Assembly: GCF_044704955.1 (NCBI RefSeq) | Contig: NC_091992.1 | Coordinates: 88,040,001 to 88,104,000 of the forward strand | Reading direction: 5' to 3' | From: Pristiophorus japonicus | Lineage: Eukaryota | DNA length: 64,000 nucleotides | In this document: positions 61,609-64,000 of the stretch, piece by piece | Numbering within the stretch: position 1 is the first letter of the stretch | Layout: the number at the start of each line of letters is the position of its first letter | Translations under genes and position numbers: made by a program | The notes under the pieces: model-generated | Told to the model about the DNA's origin: nothing | Seen by the model: only the letters and a program-made list of their open reading frames with translations | Database searches by the model: none

Positions 61609-62199
61609 AGGTGCACCGAAAAACAAAGTTACATTGCGAACAATAGCTTAATGTGACTATAAAAAGGAGAAACTATTACAACGGTGCATATGAAATCTTG
61701 TTAATCAAGAATCTGTGGGCCTCAGGCCTTATTAACATTTTATTGTGTGAGTTGCCGCATTTGTGTTGCTTCCACTGGCAGCTTACAGATTTGAAGATGC
61801 TGTTGTTGGTCGCTGACCTCGCCAGTAGCAGCCCGAAAGATATTCTCAGGTACGGGGTTGGAGAAGGCAACAGATTACATAAACTTTTGAGTCAGAGCGG
61901 CACTCCAGCTCCTCCTGGCTCCAGGGGAAGGTTTTTAAAATCATAATGAAGAAAAAAACTTTTGCGGCGACCGTTGAAGAAGCTTGACCAAGGCAGGTCT
62001 AATTCCTTCCTCGCTCATCACTTCCAAAATTTCAGTGAGGGGATCTAAAACATGCATTGTGCCCCTCGTTCATATGTGCAAGAGAGCTAACGCCTACTGC
62101 CCCACCGACCTTGCCACCCAGCTTGCCCATGGAGGGTTAATGTTGCTAATCTCTTCCCCGGCCAACTCATCCCTCCAAGCACTGACACTGTGGATGCTG

Positions 62200-62320
62200 G
62201 CAATGGATCTGCCATTACCGATCCTCTCCGCATCTCTTTGCAGAATGTCCGTTTGCTTGCGAACAAGGCCCTTGCCATCCCTGAGCTTATCATGGATGAT
62301 TGCAAGGACATCATGGCCCT
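62200..62320 (+). mobile_element. LINE (L2-like) endonuclease N-terminal fragment
   Basis: LRISLQNVRLLANK...DIMAL. Confidence 0.5.
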
Positions 62321-62495
62321 GATGTTCCCCAGGCTGAGGAGTCTAGAACCAGGGGGCACAGGATCAGAATAAATGATCGGCCATTTAGGACTGAGGTGGG
62401 GAGAAACTTCTTCACTGAGAGGGTAGTGAATCTTTGGAATTCTCTACCCCAGAGGGCAGTGGAGGTGAGTATAATCAAGACAGAGATCGATAGAT
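62321..62495 (+). mobile_element. CR1 fragment, inverted copy of 61266-61442
   Basis: AEESRTRGH..RNFFTERVVNLWNSLPQRAVE..IIKT. Confidence 0.75.
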
Positions 62496-62503
62496 AACAT
62501 CTT

Positions 62504-63200
62504 GGGGCTGAAATTGCCCTTCCTGAGAGGTCTCTGGCCACCGGAAAGTGGTGGCCATGGGGCAGCGCGGAATGGCCGCCGACTCTCCGTGGAGGGGCCG
62601 TCATTTTAGAAATGGCCTTAGCTTAGGAGCGGAGCGGTGTCCGGGATCGCTCTGCCCATTTCCCCGCTGCAGCCTGCTCCTTACCGTCTGGCTGGGACTC
62701 GGTTGCGCAATTGCCCTTGCGAAATTGCCCCGTCGCTGGCCAGTGCCCCAACAGCTCTTGCTGTCGGTGAACTCTATGTGAAGGGGAGGGCACACTGCCA
62801 TAGCCGTTATGTTATTTTTTGTCGGACGACTGCCAGGTCGACCCAAAAATTATGCCCCCGGGTTTGGTCGGGCTGCCAACAGACCACCTGGCACCCTCTC
62901 TTGGGTGCTGGCCCGGCTGAACCCCTCCCTGATAGCCCAGTGGATCTAACTAAAATATATGCAGAGTTCGCAGTGGCTCTCACCTCTAACTGAAGGGGAG
63001 AGACATAGTGACATGCCAGCGCGATGATGTCATCAGCGCGGCGCTGATTGGTGACAGCTGCAGACATTCTGTCCCGCCCCCACTTCCGCCCCATTAATGA
63101 CGGCCACTGCGTCCGCTCCCATTTTCGCCCCCATGATGATCCACTTCCGCCCCGCTGGAAAAGAATCCCAGAGGTGCTGAATTTTGCCGGATAGGCCGCC
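62504..63200. mobile_element. Harbinger-like MITE (GGGGCTGAAATTGCCC family)
   Basis: Left end identical to 5945; GC-rich interior; degenerate right end near 63190. Confidence 0.55.
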
Positions 63201-63209
63201 GCATTCATT

Positions 63210-63830
63210 GTGGGTAACATAAAAGAGAATCCTTAAGTCTTTAATAAACATATAAAGAGTAAAGGGATAGTCAATGAAAAATTGGCACAGATTAAGGACC
63301 TAAAAGGAAATCGGTTTGTGGAGGCAAATGTGGCATGGCTGAGGCATTTAATGAGTACTTTGCATTGGTCTTCACTAAAGAAGAGGGCACTGTCAGTGTT
63401 ACAGTAAAGCAGGAGGTGTTGGAGCAATTGGATAGGATAAAAATAGATAAGGAGGAAACACTAAAATGGTTGGCAGTGTTCAAAGTAGAAACATCACCCC
63501 GTCCAGATGGGATTCATCCCAGGAAGCTGAGGGAAGTGATGGTGGAAATAATGAAGGTTATAGCCACATTCTTTCAATCCTACTTTGATATGGAAGTGGT
63601 GCCAGAGGACTGGAGTGTTGCAAATGTTACACTACTGTTTAAAAATGGGGATAGAGATAAACCAGGTAACTAGAAGTCAGTCAGCCTAATACCAGTTGTG
63701 GTGAAACTTCTAGACATAATTGTCACTTGGAAATACATGGGTTGATAAATAACAGCCAACATGATTTGTTAAAGGCAAATCATGTCTGTCTAACTTGATT
63801 GGGTTCTTCAGTGAAATAACATTGGGTTTG
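63210..63830 (+). mobile_element. Old CR1 ORF2 fragment
   Basis: AEAFNEYFALVFTKE, PDGIHPR, PEDWSVANVTLLFK. Confidence 0.8.
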
Positions 63831-64000
63831 AAAAGTCTGGAAATATCCTTTAACAGTTTAAGCAATTTATTATTTAACTTTATTATTCAACTTCAAGCAA
63901 TTTGCACCGACTTTTAAGCACTTTTATTTAACTTCATTTATGGCATATTAAACTCAAGAACATGCAAAGAAATGTCAAAGCATTGTCTGTAGCCAAGGAG

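Overview
Eukaryotic (vertebrate) genomic DNA. The repeat set (CR1 LINEs with (TTCTATGT)n-type tails, SacSINE1-like Deu SINEs, GC-rich Harbinger MITEs) suggests a cartilaginous fish (inference). The right half holds one complete, apparently intact fast-skeletal-type sarcomeric myosin heavy chain gene on + strand: MEF2/TATA promoter at ~33.8 kb, two non-coding exons, and 39 coding exons from 37710 to 60963 (5805 nt, 1934 aa, all GT-AG), with a polyA signal at 61044. The left ~33 kb has no recognisable host gene and is a deeply nested transposon stack: RTE, CR1, L2, a full-length Gypsy LTR element with 5-bp TSD, PIF/Harbinger elements and MITEs. The most unusual object is a TIR-bounded Harbinger element (25789-30334). 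Its transposase ORF is fully open (401 codons) but three of the four conserved acidic active-site residues are replaced, each by a two-nucleotide codon change, while its Myb partner gene is frameshifted. This is a candidate catalytically dead or co-opted transposase ~6 kb upstream of the myosin promoter. All calls are by eye; no searches were run.
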